A stretch of DNA of 64,000 nucleotides from an uncultured Porticoccaceae bacterium (GCA_964623085.1 CAZUTO010000007.1:4752-68751), one strand, 5' to 3'. Numbered from the stretch's first letter, positions 27,838-38,537 are shown. Numbers and translations are program-made. The notes: generated from the sequence alone by a model not told the origin.

Positions 27838-28440
27838 ATGTCTTTTAGCCCTTTACTCAATAACCTTGTGCAATCTTTTTGTTGTTTGCCGGGTGTGGGA
27901 AAGAAGACGGCGCAACGCATGGCGCTTCATCTATTGGAAAAAGATCGCATTGGCGCTTCCAAATTATCTGAGGATATTCACCTTGCTTTGGATAATATCG
28001 GTCGCTGTCAGCGTTGCCGGATTTTGACGGAAACCGATCTTTGCACCATTTGCTCCGATTCACGCCGGGATACCTCAACAATCTGCGTGGTTGAGTCTCC
28101 GGTTGATGTAATGGCGTTGGAATCGGCCGGCAGTTTTAAGGGATGTTATTTTGTTCTCTATGGACATCTCTCTCCGTTAGATGGTGTTGGGCCGGAAGAA
28201 TTAGGCTTAGATGACCTTAAAACACTAGTGTCTGAACAGTCAGTGCAAGAAGTTATTCTCGCGACCAACCTAACTGTAGAAGGCGAGGCCACCGCGCATT
28301 ATTTGTCTGAGTCGGTTGCTGGTTTAGGCATTAACGTCTCTCGTATTGCGCACGGTGTGCCTATTGGCGGCGAGTTGGAATACGTGGATATCAATACGCT
28401 CTCGCTGGCTCTTGCGGGACGCAAGTCCTTTGGCTCATAG
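27838..28440 (+). CDS. recR: recombination protein RecR
   Basis: 200 aa with LPGVGKKTAQRMA (HhH), a C4 zinc finger (CQRC..CTIC) and a Toprim block. Confidence 0.95.
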   Translation: MSFSPLLNNLVQSFCCLPGVGKKTAQRMALHLLEKDRIGASKLSEDIHLALDNIGRCQRCRILTETDLCTICSDSRRDTSTICVVESPVDVMALESAGSFKGCYFVLYGHLSPLDGVGPEELGLDDLKTLVSEQSVQEVILATNLTVEGEATAHYLSESVAGLGINVSRIAHGVPIGGELEYVDINTLSLALAGRKSFGS

Positions 28441-28481
28441 GAACATAACTTCGACTCAGAACTTGAGCGGGATTAAATAAA

Positions 28482-29579
28482 ATGACGTTCACGTATATGG
28501 ATCAACAAGACGACTTCGACAAGCTCTGCTCGACATTGAATGGCGAAGATCAATTGGCGGTGGATACCGAGTTTGTTCGTCGCACTACCTATTATCCGAT
28601 ACTTGCTTTGCTTCAAATCGCATCCAAGGATGGTATATATCTTATTGACCCGCATGGGATAACAGACTGGTCTGGCTTGCTAGATATCTTTCGATCCGAT
28701 ACGCGAATAGTGATGCATTCGTGTAGTGAGGATTTAGAAGTCTTCCGCAAAACCTTTGACCAGCTGCCCGAGAATCTTTTTGATACTCAAATTGCGGCTG
28801 CATATCTGGGCAAGGGTGATTCGCTGGGCTACGCAGCGTTGGTTGCGCTGATGCGTAATCAAGAAATAGACAAGAGCGAAACACAGTCTGATTGGTCGCA
28901 GCGTCCACTAAGCGAAAGCCAGCTGGCCTATGCCGCCGAAGATGTTCGCTGGTTGCTGGGTATTGCATCAGAATTGTCTGAGGAGCTCGTTCAATGCGGA
29001 CGGCAGGATTGGGTTACCGAAGAAATCAATGCGCTCAACCGTAAATATGAATTTGAAGCGAGTCCAGAAGTCTCTTGGTTACGTCTAAAAGGTGTGAATC
29101 GCTTGAATGAATCCAGTTGGCCGCTCGCTCAGGCATTGTGTGATTGGCGAGAGACTACAGCTCGTCGCAAAGACAAACCAAAAAGTTGGATTGCGAAAGA
29201 TGCAGAGCTGCTAGAAATTATCCAGCGGCAGCCCCAGAACCAAACCGATTTATCGAGACTATCTGGTATCTCACCGCCACTGGTTCGTCACCACGGCAGT
29301 AAGATTTTGGAGTTTGTTGCTAGTGGCCAGCATCTGCCTGCCCCAAGCCAGGCACCGGCGCCACAGCTCACGGCGTCTGAACGAAAACTCTTAAAGTCGA
29401 TGCAATCCGTAGTGTCTGACTACTCCGAAAGTCAGGGCTTGGCGGCGCGGTTTGTTGCTAATAAACAAGAACTGAGTCAATACATTCTTTTTCATCATGA
29501 CCGATCTACGATTCGATCATCGCTAGACGAAGGTTGGAGAAAAGAGCAACTTGGCGAGCAATTACAGGCGTTGTTATGA
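28482..29579 (+). CDS. rnd: ribonuclease D
   Basis: 365 aa with a DEDD exonuclease block (LAVDTEF.., HSCSEDLEV, YAAEDV) plus HRDC-like C-terminal repeats. Confidence 0.9.
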   Translation: MTFTYMDQQDDFDKLCSTLNGEDQLAVDTEFVRRTTYYPILALLQIASKDGIYLIDPHGITDWSGLLDIFRSDTRIVMHSCSEDLEVFRKTFDQLPENLFDTQIAAAYLGKGDSLGYAALVALMRNQEIDKSETQSDWSQRPLSESQLAYAAEDVRWLLGIASELSEELVQCGRQDWVTEEINALNRKYEFEASPEVSWLRLKGVNRLNESSWPLAQALCDWRETTARRKDKPKSWIAKDAELLEIIQRQPQNQTDLSRLSGISPPLVRHHGSKILEFVASGQHLPAPSQAPAPQLTASERKLLKSMQSVVSDYSESQGLAARFVANKQELSQYILFHHDRSTIRSSLDEGWRKEQLGEQLQALL

Positions 29580-29875
29580 GCACCGGTTCAGTGACGATCT
29601 GTGCAGTCTATAAGAGTGAAGTGGTTGATCAGATGTATCTATTTGTTGATCAACAAGAGGCGTTTGAACGCGTGCCGGAGGAATTCATGAAAAATTTCCC
29701 CAATCCAGTATTGGTCACTCAGTTCAAACTGTTTCCAGAACGACAGCTGGCTCGCGTAGATGCTAAAAAGCTCATTGCGAGTTTAAAAGAGCAGGGCTAC
29801 TACGTTCAGATGCCTCCTCCAAAAGATGTACAGTTGCAGGCGGTATCAAAGCAGAATACGCTGCTTTCAAGATAG
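29576..29875 (+). CDS. ycgL: YcgL domain-containing protein
   Basis: It has an ICAVYKS...MYLFV...F core. ATG 29576 overlaps the rnd TGA (ATGA). The track's longer ORF starts at an upstream TTG inside rnd. Confidence 0.8.
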   Translation: MSTGSVTICAVYKSEVVDQMYLFVDQQEAFERVPEEFMKNFPNPVLVTQFKLFPERQLARVDAKKLIASLKEQGYYVQMPPPKDVQLQAVSKQNTLLSR

Positions 29876-29899
29876 TGGGTGAATGATAGTGGGTAAATA

Positions 29900-30337
29900 G
29901 TGCCGAAAAAGCCTTGGTGGGAATCTATTCCGTTAAAAGAGATGAACCAGGAACAGTGGGAGTTACTCTGTGACGGTTGTGCAAAGTGCTGCCGCATTCA
30001 GCTTGAAGATGATCAAGGAGCTAGAGCGACCACGAATGTTGTATGCCGTTACTTAGACCAAGACAGTTGCCAATGCACTTGCTATGAAGCTAGAACAGAA
30101 AAAGTACCACTTTGCCTGAAGTTAACACCGGAAAATCTCGATACGTTAGATTGGATGCCCGACACCTGCGCGTATCGATTGATCAATGAAGGCAAGCCAT
30201 TGCAGTTTTGGCACCCGCTGGTTTCGAAAGAGAGAGATAGCATTCATGATTTTGGCCAATCGGTAAGAAGTCGCGTGTTTTCGGAGTTAGAAGTTGACGA
30301 AGATGCGCTTGAATCGCATATTATTCAATGGCATTAA
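29900..30337 (+). CDS. ycgN: YcgN/UPF0260 family cysteine-cluster protein
   Basis: 145 aa with WESIPLKEMNQEQWELLCDGCAKCC and C.YLD...C.C..Y motifs. It has a GTG start. Confidence 0.8.
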   Translation: MPKKPWWESIPLKEMNQEQWELLCDGCAKCCRIQLEDDQGARATTNVVCRYLDQDSCQCTCYEARTEKVPLCLKLTPENLDTLDWMPDTCAYRLINEGKPLQFWHPLVSKERDSIHDFGQSVRSRVFSELEVDEDALESHIIQWH

Positions 30338-30424
30338 TGGTTCACCCGTAGTCGATAATCGTTTGATGTTGAATTTTCGCTTGTTCCGTTAGAATGCGTC
30401 TACTAGAAACCTCGCTCAAGATTT

Positions 30425-30784
30425 TTGGGAGTTAGTGTATTGTCGCCAACAGTCTATGTTCTTCTATGGGTTTGCTATTTGCTGGCCGGAGTATTGTTGC
30501 TTTGGATAGTGAAAAAACTAACCGATTGGCCACGTGCTCGTTGGTTAAGCTGGATTCTTAGGTTGATCGCCTTTGTGGTCATTTTTACACCCGCAAAGTT
30601 GTATCAGCAGCCTGAATTCTTAGTTCCCGCAAGTATGGCATTGGCGATGGACAGCGTTCTGGGGCGCGAAGAAGCGATTTCTTCAGTGGTAAGCAATCTT
30701 TTGGTGTCCGCAGTTGCATGCGCGCTGATACTTGTTATCTGCGCAGTCATTTCAAAAATAGTGCATTCTCGTAAAGGCAAATGA
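30425..30784 (+). CDS. hypothetical small membrane protein (3 predicted TM helices)
   Basis: There are three hydrophobic stretches and no family I recognise. The start is uncertain: TTG 30425, or TTG 30440 which is preceded by GGGAG. The stop overlaps the upstream fadD ATG (ATGA). Confidence 0.5.
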   Translation: MGVSVLSPTVYVLLWVCYLLAGVLLLWIVKKLTDWPRARWLSWILRLIAFVVIFTPAKLYQQPEFLVPASMALAMDSVLGREEAISSVVSNLLVSAVACALILVICAVISKIVHSRKGK

Positions 30785-32529
30785 GCGATAGACTTAGCAA
30801 CATATATTCTAAATTTAGAAGCTTTAGAAAGATGACAACAGAAAACGATCAAGTAAGTGAAGCGTTGAATCGGGCTCGTGAACGATTTGGGATGCCCAAT
30901 GAATTGCCTGATTCAGACATTCGGACGTTTTCCGATCTCTTTGCCAAAGCGCGTGATCGATTTTCGGACAAGCCGGCCTACCAGAGCCTTGGTGTCACAC
31001 TCACTTTTGCTGATATCGATCAGCTATCAGATAGCTTTGCCATCTACCTTCAGAGTCTACCGTTTCTAGAGCAGGGCGATCGTATTGCGGTGCAGTTACC
31101 CAACACTTTGCAATACCCGGTTGCGGCAATGGGTATTCTCAAAGCGGGAATGGTATTAGTAAATACAAACCCTCTGTATACCTCACATGAGTTAAAGCAT
31201 CAGCTCAACGACTCGGGTACTAAGTTGATCGTCGTACTAGAAAACTTCGCCAAAGAGCTTGAAGAGGTCGTTGATGAAACACCATTGAAAGCAGTGATGT
31301 TGACGCAGGTAGGAGATTTGTTTCCAACCGTTAAAAGATGGGGTGTCAATTTCGCCCTGAAATACGTCATGCGGAAAGTGCCAAAATTGAATTTTACTAA
31401 TTCAGTTCGGTTTTTAGATGCGTTTCAAAATCCAAACAATACCGCTCTCGTTCCAGTCGAGGTCGCGCCTGGCGATATCGCTGTACTGCAATATACGGGA
31501 GGCACCACAGGCGTGGCCAAGGGTGTCATGCTTACCCATCAAAACCTGATGGATTGCATGCGTCAGGTCGCCTATGTTTATTCGCTGGCCAATTGGAAAG
31601 AAGGCGAGTCATGTATGGTGACACCGCTGCCGCTCTATCACATCTATGCGTTCAGTATTTCTTTTACTCACGCGCTCAACAATGGGCATCTAAATGTGCT
31701 GGTGATTGATCCAAGAAATATCAAAGCATTTGTCAAAACCCTTCGCAAAACGCCATTTGATGGCCTCATTGGCCTTAATACGTTGTTTAGTCATCTGATG
31801 GACAATGCAGATTTTAGAAACCTAGATTTTAGCCGAATGAAGTTAGTGCTTAGTGGCGGCATGGCGCTGTCGAAAAGCATTGCAGATAGATGGCGCGAGA
31901 TTACGGGAAGCGAAATATGTGAAGGCTATGGTTTGACCGAAAGCTCCGGCATTCTATGTGTGAACAGCCCTAAGGATGTGCAGCTAGGCACAGTGGGTAC
32001 GTCTTTTTCCGGTAACAGCATCAAGATCGTCGACGACAAAGGCAACCTACTCGCCTGCGGTGAATCGGGAGAGCTGTATTTTAAAGGTCCTTCACAGATG
32101 AAAGGTTATTGGGGTAGAGAAGACGCCACTCAGAAATTACTGGATAAAGATGGCTACATGGCAACCGGCGACATTGCCGTAATGAGTCCTGAAGGCATGC
32201 TGAGTATTGTCGATCGGGCAAAGGACATGATTATTGTTTCGGGCTTTAACGTCTACCCGAATCAGATTGAAGACGTGGTTCTCGGGCACCCAGATATACA
32301 GGAATGTGCTGCGGTGGCGGGTAAAACCGACGAAGGTGAATATGTTCGGTTGTTTGCCGTTTCCTTGAATCCAGAGCTAACAGAAAAAGCACTGCGTGAT
32401 TATTGTCGCGAGTACCTGACGGGCTACAAGGTGCCTAAGAAAGTCATTTTTGTCGATGACCTACCGAAATCAAATGTAGGGAAGATATTGCGTCGAGAAC
32501 TCCGAGATCAATACCCGGAGGAGGCTTAG
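30781..32529 (+). CDS. fadD: long-chain-fatty-acid--CoA ligase
   Basis: It is collinear with E. coli FadD (LQYPVAAMGILKAGMVLVNTNPLYT..ELKHQLNDSG, YTGGTTGVAKG AMP motif, GYGLTE, GD.A). An alternative start is ATG 30832 (MTTEND..). Confidence 0.9.
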   Translation: MSDRLSNIYSKFRSFRKMTTENDQVSEALNRARERFGMPNELPDSDIRTFSDLFAKARDRFSDKPAYQSLGVTLTFADIDQLSDSFAIYLQSLPFLEQGDRIAVQLPNTLQYPVAAMGILKAGMVLVNTNPLYTSHELKHQLNDSGTKLIVVLENFAKELEEVVDETPLKAVMLTQVGDLFPTVKRWGVNFALKYVMRKVPKLNFTNSVRFLDAFQNPNNTALVPVEVAPGDIAVLQYTGGTTGVAKGVMLTHQNLMDCMRQVAYVYSLANWKEGESCMVTPLPLYHIYAFSISFTHALNNGHLNVLVIDPRNIKAFVKTLRKTPFDGLIGLNTLFSHLMDNADFRNLDFSRMKLVLSGGMALSKSIADRWREITGSEICEGYGLTESSGILCVNSPKDVQLGTVGTSFSGNSIKIVDDKGNLLACGESGELYFKGPSQMKGYWGREDATQKLLDKDGYMATGDIAVMSPEGMLSIVDRAKDMIIVSGFNVYPNQIEDVVLGHPDIQECAAVAGKTDEGEYVRLFAVSLNPELTEKALRDYCREYLTGYKVPKKVIFVDDLPKSNVGKILRRELRDQYPEEA

Positions 32530-32594
32530 CTTTTTCGCTAGCGTATTAGTGCTTCAAGTTAAGCCTGCGCGTTTTGCGGTAATTTGTAGCAGTC

Positions 32595-35500
32595 ATGTCT
32601 GATGTGGTTCCTAACCTGATTGAAAAACTGCCTCTTTGTGCGAGCAAAGATCACTTTCGGTTGTCTCGTGATCTAGCCAAGGTGAAATCACGTTTGGCTG
32701 CGAAGAAGCCCGTTGAAAAGGAACTCAGCAAACTTCAAACAGCACTAGACGCTTCCGTTGCTTGGGTTCAGAAACGCACATCGAGTATTCCACAGATTAA
32801 TTTTCCTGCTGACTTGCCGGTTTCGGAACGAGCTGGGGAGATTCGTGAATTGCTAGAAAACAATCAGGTGTTGATTGTTGCTGGCGAGACCGGCTCGGGC
32901 AAAACGACTCAGATACCAAAAATTTGCCTAAGTTTAGGTATCGGTTCAAAAGGTCTTATTGGCCATACGCAGCCGCGCAGAGTCGCCGCTCGATCCGTAG
33001 CATCTCGAATTGCATCCGAGTTGGGCACAAGCTTGGGTTCGCTGGTGGGGTTTCAGGTTCGGTTCACGGATAAGAGTTCACCAAATAGTCTGATCAAATT
33101 GATGACAGATGGGATTCTGCTTTCTGAGATTCAACGTGACCGCTATCTGAATAACTACGAATGTATCATTATCGATGAGGCGCACGAGCGTAGCCTGAAT
33201 ATCGATTTTCTGCTCGGTTACCTTAAAGAGTTGTTGCCTCGCCGGCCTGATTTAAAGCTCATTGTGACCTCTGCCACCATCGATGTTGAACGATTTTCGT
33301 CTCATTTTGATGGTGCGCCGGTGATCGAGGTCAGTGGCCGAACCTTTCCTGTTGAGCTGCAATATTCTCCGGTTGAGGAAGGTTTTGATAGCCTAACTGA
33401 AGCAGTGGTAAGCCATGTTGGCGACATTCTTGCAAGCAAGCCGATATCACCCAATGCACCGGATATTCTGGCGTTCTTCTCCGGTGAGAGGGAGATACGT
33501 GATGCGGCTGCCGCATTGCGCCGTGCGGAGTTTCGTAACCTTGAGGTTCTGCCGCTCTATTCACGCTTGAATAATAAGGACCAGGATCGCATTTTTACAA
33601 AAGGGCGAGGTCGCCGGATTGTGCTGGCAACCAATGTTGCTGAAACATCGTTGACCGTTCCAGGTATTGGCTACGTGATTGATACTGGCTTGGCACGCGT
33701 TAGCCGCTACAGCGTGCGCACCAAGGTGCAGCGATTGCCCATTGAGCCCATTTCACAAGCCAGCGCTCGGCAGCGAGCGGGGCGCTGCGGTCGAATCGCG
33801 AGTGGACTATGCATACGGCTTTATTCCGAACAGGATTTTCTAGGCCGTCCAGAATTTACCCCACCCGAGGTACTAAGAACCAATCTTGCTTCCGTGATCT
33901 TGCAGATGCTTCATCTCAAACTAGGAGATATCGGCGATTTTCCCTTTGTTGAACCACCGCAAGAGAAGCAGATTCGAGATGGGTTTCAGTTGCTTGAAGA
34001 GCTCTCATTCTTAGACCCAGATGGCCAGATTACCAAAATTGGCAAGGATATCTTTGGGATTCCCATTGAGCCTAGGTTCGCGCGCATGCTTTGGCAAGGT
34101 AAACAAGATGGCTGCCTTGCAGATATCATCACCTTGGTCAGTTATATGTCGGTGCGCGACCCGCGCGATAGGCCCAGTGACAAACAGCAACAAGCCGATG
34201 AGAAGCACCGCCAGTTTGCTGATAAAGAATCCGATTTTGTTGCGATATTAAATCTCTGGGAAGCCTACGAGCAACAGCGCCAAGCGTTAAGCAATCGAGA
34301 CTTAGATCGCTGGTGTAAAACGAATTTTCTCTCGCCTATGCGCCTGCGCGAATGGCGCGATATCCATCGGCAAATATCGTTGGTAGTGAAAGATCGGAAC
34401 TGGAAACTCAATAAGGATGCCGGTTCTCATAAGGCTGTTCATCGTGCGCTTTTGAGTGGGCTGTTAACGCACGTTGGTATTCAGGAAGAGGACAAGATGT
34501 TTCTCGGTGTAAGAAACCGACGTTTTCGAATTTTCCCCGGTTCGTTCCTCGCGAAAAAACCGCCGAAATGGATTATTGCAGCACAGCTACTCGAAACCAG
34601 CCAGCTATTCGCCCATCAGGTAGCCAAGATAGACCCAGAGTGGCTGGTCTCATTGGCTAAGCACCTGTTACAGACTGACTACTATGAGCCTCACTATGAT
34701 TCCGGTCGTGGCGAAATTATGGCGCGACAGCGTTTTAGTCTTTACGGGCTTGTTGTCAGTGATAACAAAAAGGTCAGTTATAAATCAATAGAGCCAGCAA
34801 TATGCCGAGATATGTTTATTCGGGAGTGTTTAGTAGGTTGGAAGTATCGGTCGAAAGCCGCGTTTTATCAGCACAATAAGGCTATCGCAGAAGAGCTAGA
34901 AGACATGGAAGACCGGACGCGAAGCCGTGACTTCCAGTTTGACGACGATCAGCTGTACGAGTTTTATTCAGAGCGTCTTCCTGTTTCGGTTGTTGATATG
35001 ACTAGCTTTGAGCAGTGGCGGGTCGAGCGTGAAAAGTCAGAGCCACAGTTGTTGTTTTTGGATAAAGAGACGTTTGTTGATCAGTCAAAAGGCGAGCGGT
35101 TAGAAGCGTTTCCGAGCTCTCTGGAGTGGGATGGTTTGTCGTTCGAATTGAGTTATCGGTTTGAGCCGGGACACTCTGGGGATGGCGTCACCATTTGTGT
35201 GCCTATTGGTGTTTTGCATCAGGTTCCAGAGCATCTTACCGAATGGCTAGTGCCAGGTATGCTTGCGGACAAGCTCGTTTGTATGTTGAAAGCCTTGCCA
35301 AAGAGTATCCGCAGGCAGCTAGTGCCAATTCCGGCTTATGTCGAGAAAATGCTACCGCTGCTGAAAGCAGAAAACACGCCGCTGGGTGATGCTGTTGCGT
35401 TACAGCTTAAACGGCTTACAGGTGTAGATGTTCCATCGGATACGTTTCGTGGTATGGATATCGAGTCCTTCTACATGATGAATTATCGGCTACAGGACGA

Positions 35501-36503
35501 CGCCGGAAAAGTGATCGCAGAAGGACGAAGTCTATCTGAGTTAAAAAGTGAGTATCGAAGTAAGGCAGATGAAGCCGTCACCGAAGTGAGAAGAGACACG
35601 CAAGAGTTTGCCGATGATCAGAGTTGGTCATTTGGCGATTTGCCCGAAAGTGTCGATATAAAACGTGGTGAAACGCAAGTTCGACTTTGGCCAGGCTTGG
35701 TAGATAAGAAGACGGCAGTCGGGTATCAGTTGTTTAATGATGCAGCTTTGGCGAGCTATATGCACGGCAATGCCATTCAGCGCCTGCTGTTGTTGAGTTG
35801 TTCAGAGGCGAGTAAGTATCTTAGAAAAGAGCTATTTCGGGCCAACGATTTGGCCATATTGACGCTTGGCGCCGAATCTAAAGACGCACTTTGCGATGAT
35901 TTGATTATGTCGGTTTGTCGCGATCTTGTCGGTGAGTTTTCAGACAAAAATGCTGTGCCTCGAAATCAATCAGCGTTTGAGAGTTTGGTAAGTGAAGCAA
36001 AGCCGCGTCTTGTCGCCATGGCCATGGAAAGAGAGCAACGTTGCTTGAAGCTAGTGCCATTATTGCGAGCGTTAAGAAATAGTCTCAATGAACTTGGCTC
36101 TGCTGAGCATGCTGCGATTAAAGATATGACGTCTCAAATTGAGCGCCTTATTAGCCCAGGCTTTTTGAAGCGAGCAGATCTGCAGGTATTGTCGGATATC
36201 GAAAGATACTTTCGAGGTATAGCAAAGCGAATTGAAAAGCTTCAAGGCCAGCTAGGCCGCGATGCGCAGCATATAGAAACGGTGCAGGAGTATGAGCGAA
36301 TACTTCTCGATTTGCAGATAGAAATAGCGCCAGAATGGCAAGCCCAAATCCCCGAAATTGAGGATTTTCGATGGTTGCTAGAGGAGTTTCGTGTGTCCTT
36401 ATTTTCGCAGCCGCTGAAAACTCGGAGGCCGGTATCAGAAAAAAGGTTACAGAAATTTGTGGATACTATTGAAACTCGCAGAAATGCTTTACATCTGATT
36501 TAA
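32595..36503 (+). CDS. hrpA: ATP-dependent RNA helicase HrpA (DEAH box)
   Basis: 1302 aa with GETGSGKTTQ, IIIDEAHERS, SATID and QRAGRCGR motifs and the long HrpA-specific C-terminal region. Confidence 0.95.
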   Translation: MSDVVPNLIEKLPLCASKDHFRLSRDLAKVKSRLAAKKPVEKELSKLQTALDASVAWVQKRTSSIPQINFPADLPVSERAGEIRELLENNQVLIVAGETGSGKTTQIPKICLSLGIGSKGLIGHTQPRRVAARSVASRIASELGTSLGSLVGFQVRFTDKSSPNSLIKLMTDGILLSEIQRDRYLNNYECIIIDEAHERSLNIDFLLGYLKELLPRRPDLKLIVTSATIDVERFSSHFDGAPVIEVSGRTFPVELQYSPVEEGFDSLTEAVVSHVGDILASKPISPNAPDILAFFSGEREIRDAAAALRRAEFRNLEVLPLYSRLNNKDQDRIFTKGRGRRIVLATNVAETSLTVPGIGYVIDTGLARVSRYSVRTKVQRLPIEPISQASARQRAGRCGRIASGLCIRLYSEQDFLGRPEFTPPEVLRTNLASVILQMLHLKLGDIGDFPFVEPPQEKQIRDGFQLLEELSFLDPDGQITKIGKDIFGIPIEPRFARMLWQGKQDGCLADIITLVSYMSVRDPRDRPSDKQQQADEKHRQFADKESDFVAILNLWEAYEQQRQALSNRDLDRWCKTNFLSPMRLREWRDIHRQISLVVKDRNWKLNKDAGSHKAVHRALLSGLLTHVGIQEEDKMFLGVRNRRFRIFPGSFLAKKPPKWIIAAQLLETSQLFAHQVAKIDPEWLVSLAKHLLQTDYYEPHYDSGRGEIMARQRFSLYGLVVSDNKKVSYKSIEPAICRDMFIRECLVGWKYRSKAAFYQHNKAIAEELEDMEDRTRSRDFQFDDDQLYEFYSERLPVSVVDMTSFEQWRVEREKSEPQLLFLDKETFVDQSKGERLEAFPSSLEWDGLSFELSYRFEPGHSGDGVTICVPIGVLHQVPEHLTEWLVPGMLADKLVCMLKALPKSIRRQLVPIPAYVEKMLPLLKAENTPLGDAVALQLKRLTGVDVPSDTFRGMDIESFYMMNYRLQDDAGKVIAEGRSLSELKSEYRSKADEAVTEVRRDTQEFADDQSWSFGDLPESVDIKRGETQVRLWPGLVDKKTAVGYQLFNDAALASYMHGNAIQRLLLLSCSEASKYLRKELFRANDLAILTLGAESKDALCDDLIMSVCRDLVGEFSDKNAVPRNQSAFESLVSEAKPRLVAMAMEREQRCLKLVPLLRALRNSLNELGSAEHAAIKDMTSQIERLISPGFLKRADLQVLSDIERYFRGIAKRIEKLQGQLGRDAQHIETVQEYERILLDLQIEIAPEWQAQIPEIEDFRWLLEEFRVSLFSQPLKTRRPVSEKRLQKFVDTIETRRNALHLI

Positions 36504-36602
36504 AAGGAGAATAATTCGCGAACTTTGGTATGGAAATGAGTTGTATTTTTTAAATAGAGCAGGCTAAACGGCTTGTTGACCCTTAAGGAACTATGATCAG
36601 TT

Positions 36603-37334
36603 ATGAAATCTAGAATCGGCGTGTTAAAAACTTTGGGTCTAAGCCTCGTGCTGCTGTTGCTTCACTCATGCGCCACTGTTGAGCCTGGACAAGAGCCCAA
36701 CCCTGATCCTTGGGAGGCATGGAACCGACCTGTTACGAGCTTTAATCTTGCACTAGATAAAGCGATATTGCGGCCCCTAGCAGTTGGATATCGCTGGATA
36801 ACGCCTCAGTTTGGCGAAGATGCCATTGGTCGTATCTTTAGCAATGTTGGTGAAATCAGTAACCTATTTAATAACCTGCTTCAGGGTGAGCCACTGGAAG
36901 CGGGGAACTCAACTGGCCGATTTTTGGTGAATTCAACGCTTGGATTGGGCGGCATATTCGATGTGGCCAATACTCTGGGGCTAAAGAAACAAGATCCAGA
37001 AGATTTTGGACAAACACTTGGTGTTTGGGGTGTCGAGTCAGGCCCGTATCTTGTACTTCCTTTTTTGGGACCGTCAACGCTAAGAGATGGGCCTTCGCGT
37101 GTTGTGGACTGGTTTCTCGATCCAGTAAATTATATAGATGAGAACTCTATTAGGTTTCCTATAAACGGGGTGGAACTAATAGACTTAAGATCATCGTTGA
37201 TTGAAAACGAAGGATTGATTTCGGGCGATGTTTACCTTTTTATCAGGGATGCATATCTTCAGCGCCGCGAGTTTTTGATCGATGATGGCGAATTGACAGA
37301 AAGCGGCTTTGACGATTTTCTAGACGATTTCTAG
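36603..37334 (+). CDS. mlaA: MlaA/VacJ family outer-membrane lipoprotein
   Basis: Lipobox LLHSC, a WE.WNR..F.FN..LD block, and a G.YLVLPFLGPST..RD motif. Confidence 0.88.
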   Translation: MKSRIGVLKTLGLSLVLLLLHSCATVEPGQEPNPDPWEAWNRPVTSFNLALDKAILRPLAVGYRWITPQFGEDAIGRIFSNVGEISNLFNNLLQGEPLEAGNSTGRFLVNSTLGLGGIFDVANTLGLKKQDPEDFGQTLGVWGVESGPYLVLPFLGPSTLRDGPSRVVDWFLDPVNYIDENSIRFPINGVELIDLRSSLIENEGLISGDVYLFIRDAYLQRREFLIDDGELTESGFDDFLDDF

Positions 37335-38536
37335 TGAGCGACCACCGTGTTTTCGCTATCGATGCTGATCCAAATGTACGCCGTTGGGTAGCGAGGCATT
37401 TAGGTGGGCGTGGGCACGTCGTTGTTAATTACCAGGATCTAGAAGAGCTTGAAAATGCCAATGAAAGCATGGGGCCTGACATAGTCGTTGTCGACGTAGA
37501 TTGCGCGGATGATGCCCAGAAACTGGTGGAGAAGCTCTTCCCCAAAAAGACACAAATTCAGTATATTCAGCTTGTTCGGAATCATACCGTCGATGAAGCT
37601 GTTTTGGCTTTCAATAAATCCAATAGAGACTGTCTCCCTGTACCATTTAGCGAACGAACATTGGTTTTAGCTATTCAGCGAGCAGGGGAGCGTCGTCAAC
37701 TTATCGCCAATAATTTACGCACGCTTCGTCGTTTGAAAAAGTCCATGGAAGAGGCAGAAACACGGCTGAGTATTCTTAGAGCAGATCAAATTGCTGGTCG
37801 GCAAATGCAGCAAAACCTGCTGCCTCGCTCCCCAGTCATTCGGCCGCCTTATTATGTAGGACGAAAGATACTGCCGTCGCTCTATTTGTCGGGCGATTTT
37901 GTTAACTATATGCCGGCGATCGATCAGTACTTTTTGTTCTATTTGCTTGATGTTTCCGGCCATGGAGCGTCGTCTGCGTTTGTCACCGTGATCGTGCGGC
38001 AACTCATGCGGCGCGTTGTTCGCAATCATGAAGAGACGAACCAGGAAGCATTTAGGTTGGCACCTGATGCCTTTCTGGAGCGGATAAACGCCGTTTTGTT
38101 AGACAACGAATTTGACAAGCACTTAACCATGTTTGCTGGTGAGTTGGACTTTGAGAAAAATATACTCAGGTATTCTGTTGGCGCACAGTTACCTATGCCT
38201 ATACTTATTGAAGATGGAAAAGCGAGATTTATAGAAGGTAAGGGCAAGCCGGTAGGTTTGTTTCCGGATGCTAACTGGGATGTAGAATATATAGAGCTTC
38301 CAGACAAATTCATTCTGATCGCATTTTCTGATGGTATTTTGGAAGTCTTGCCGCAAGAGACATTGGCGGATCAAGAGCAATTTTTGCTAGATAAGCTCAA
38401 GAACGTGGACCCAGATGTTGATGCAGTATTGCCTGCTCTGGGTGTGGAAGAAACAGAAGGTTTACCTGATGATATCGCTGTTTTTATGGTGGCACGTGGC
38501 TACCATACGGAGAGCGCTAGTCGTAGTGAGGGTTAA
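37334..38536 (+). CDS. fused receiver-like domain / PP2C (SpoIIE-type) serine phosphatase, RssB/RsbU-like
   Basis: 400 aa. The N-terminal roughly 120 aa look CheY-like (D10, D12, D54), but the conserved Lys position reads Val (DCLPVPF). The C-terminal half has PP2C blocks (SGDFV, LLDVSGHG, FSDGILE, DDIAVF). The GTG start overlaps the mlaA stop by 1 nt. Confidence 0.8.
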   Translation: MSDHRVFAIDADPNVRRWVARHLGGRGHVVVNYQDLEELENANESMGPDIVVVDVDCADDAQKLVEKLFPKKTQIQYIQLVRNHTVDEAVLAFNKSNRDCLPVPFSERTLVLAIQRAGERRQLIANNLRTLRRLKKSMEEAETRLSILRADQIAGRQMQQNLLPRSPVIRPPYYVGRKILPSLYLSGDFVNYMPAIDQYFLFYLLDVSGHGASSAFVTVIVRQLMRRVVRNHEETNQEAFRLAPDAFLERINAVLLDNEFDKHLTMFAGELDFEKNILRYSVGAQLPMPILIEDGKARFIEGKGKPVGLFPDANWDVEYIELPDKFILIAFSDGILEVLPQETLADQEQFLLDKLKNVDPDVDAVLPALGVEETEGLPDDIAVFMVARGYHTESASRSEG

Positions 38537-38537
38537 G

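Noticed and set aside
38415-38537. N-terminal extensions offered by the ORF track for the STAS gene. The same applies to tal (40011-40160), poxB (49020-49112), ycgL (29534-29575), ftsB (20297-20323), ndh (45474-45509) and yceD (10844-10861).
   Set aside because: The extensions start at TTG or other upstream codons inside the preceding gene, a terminator hairpin or a promoter. Family N-termini align with the downstream ATG in each case.
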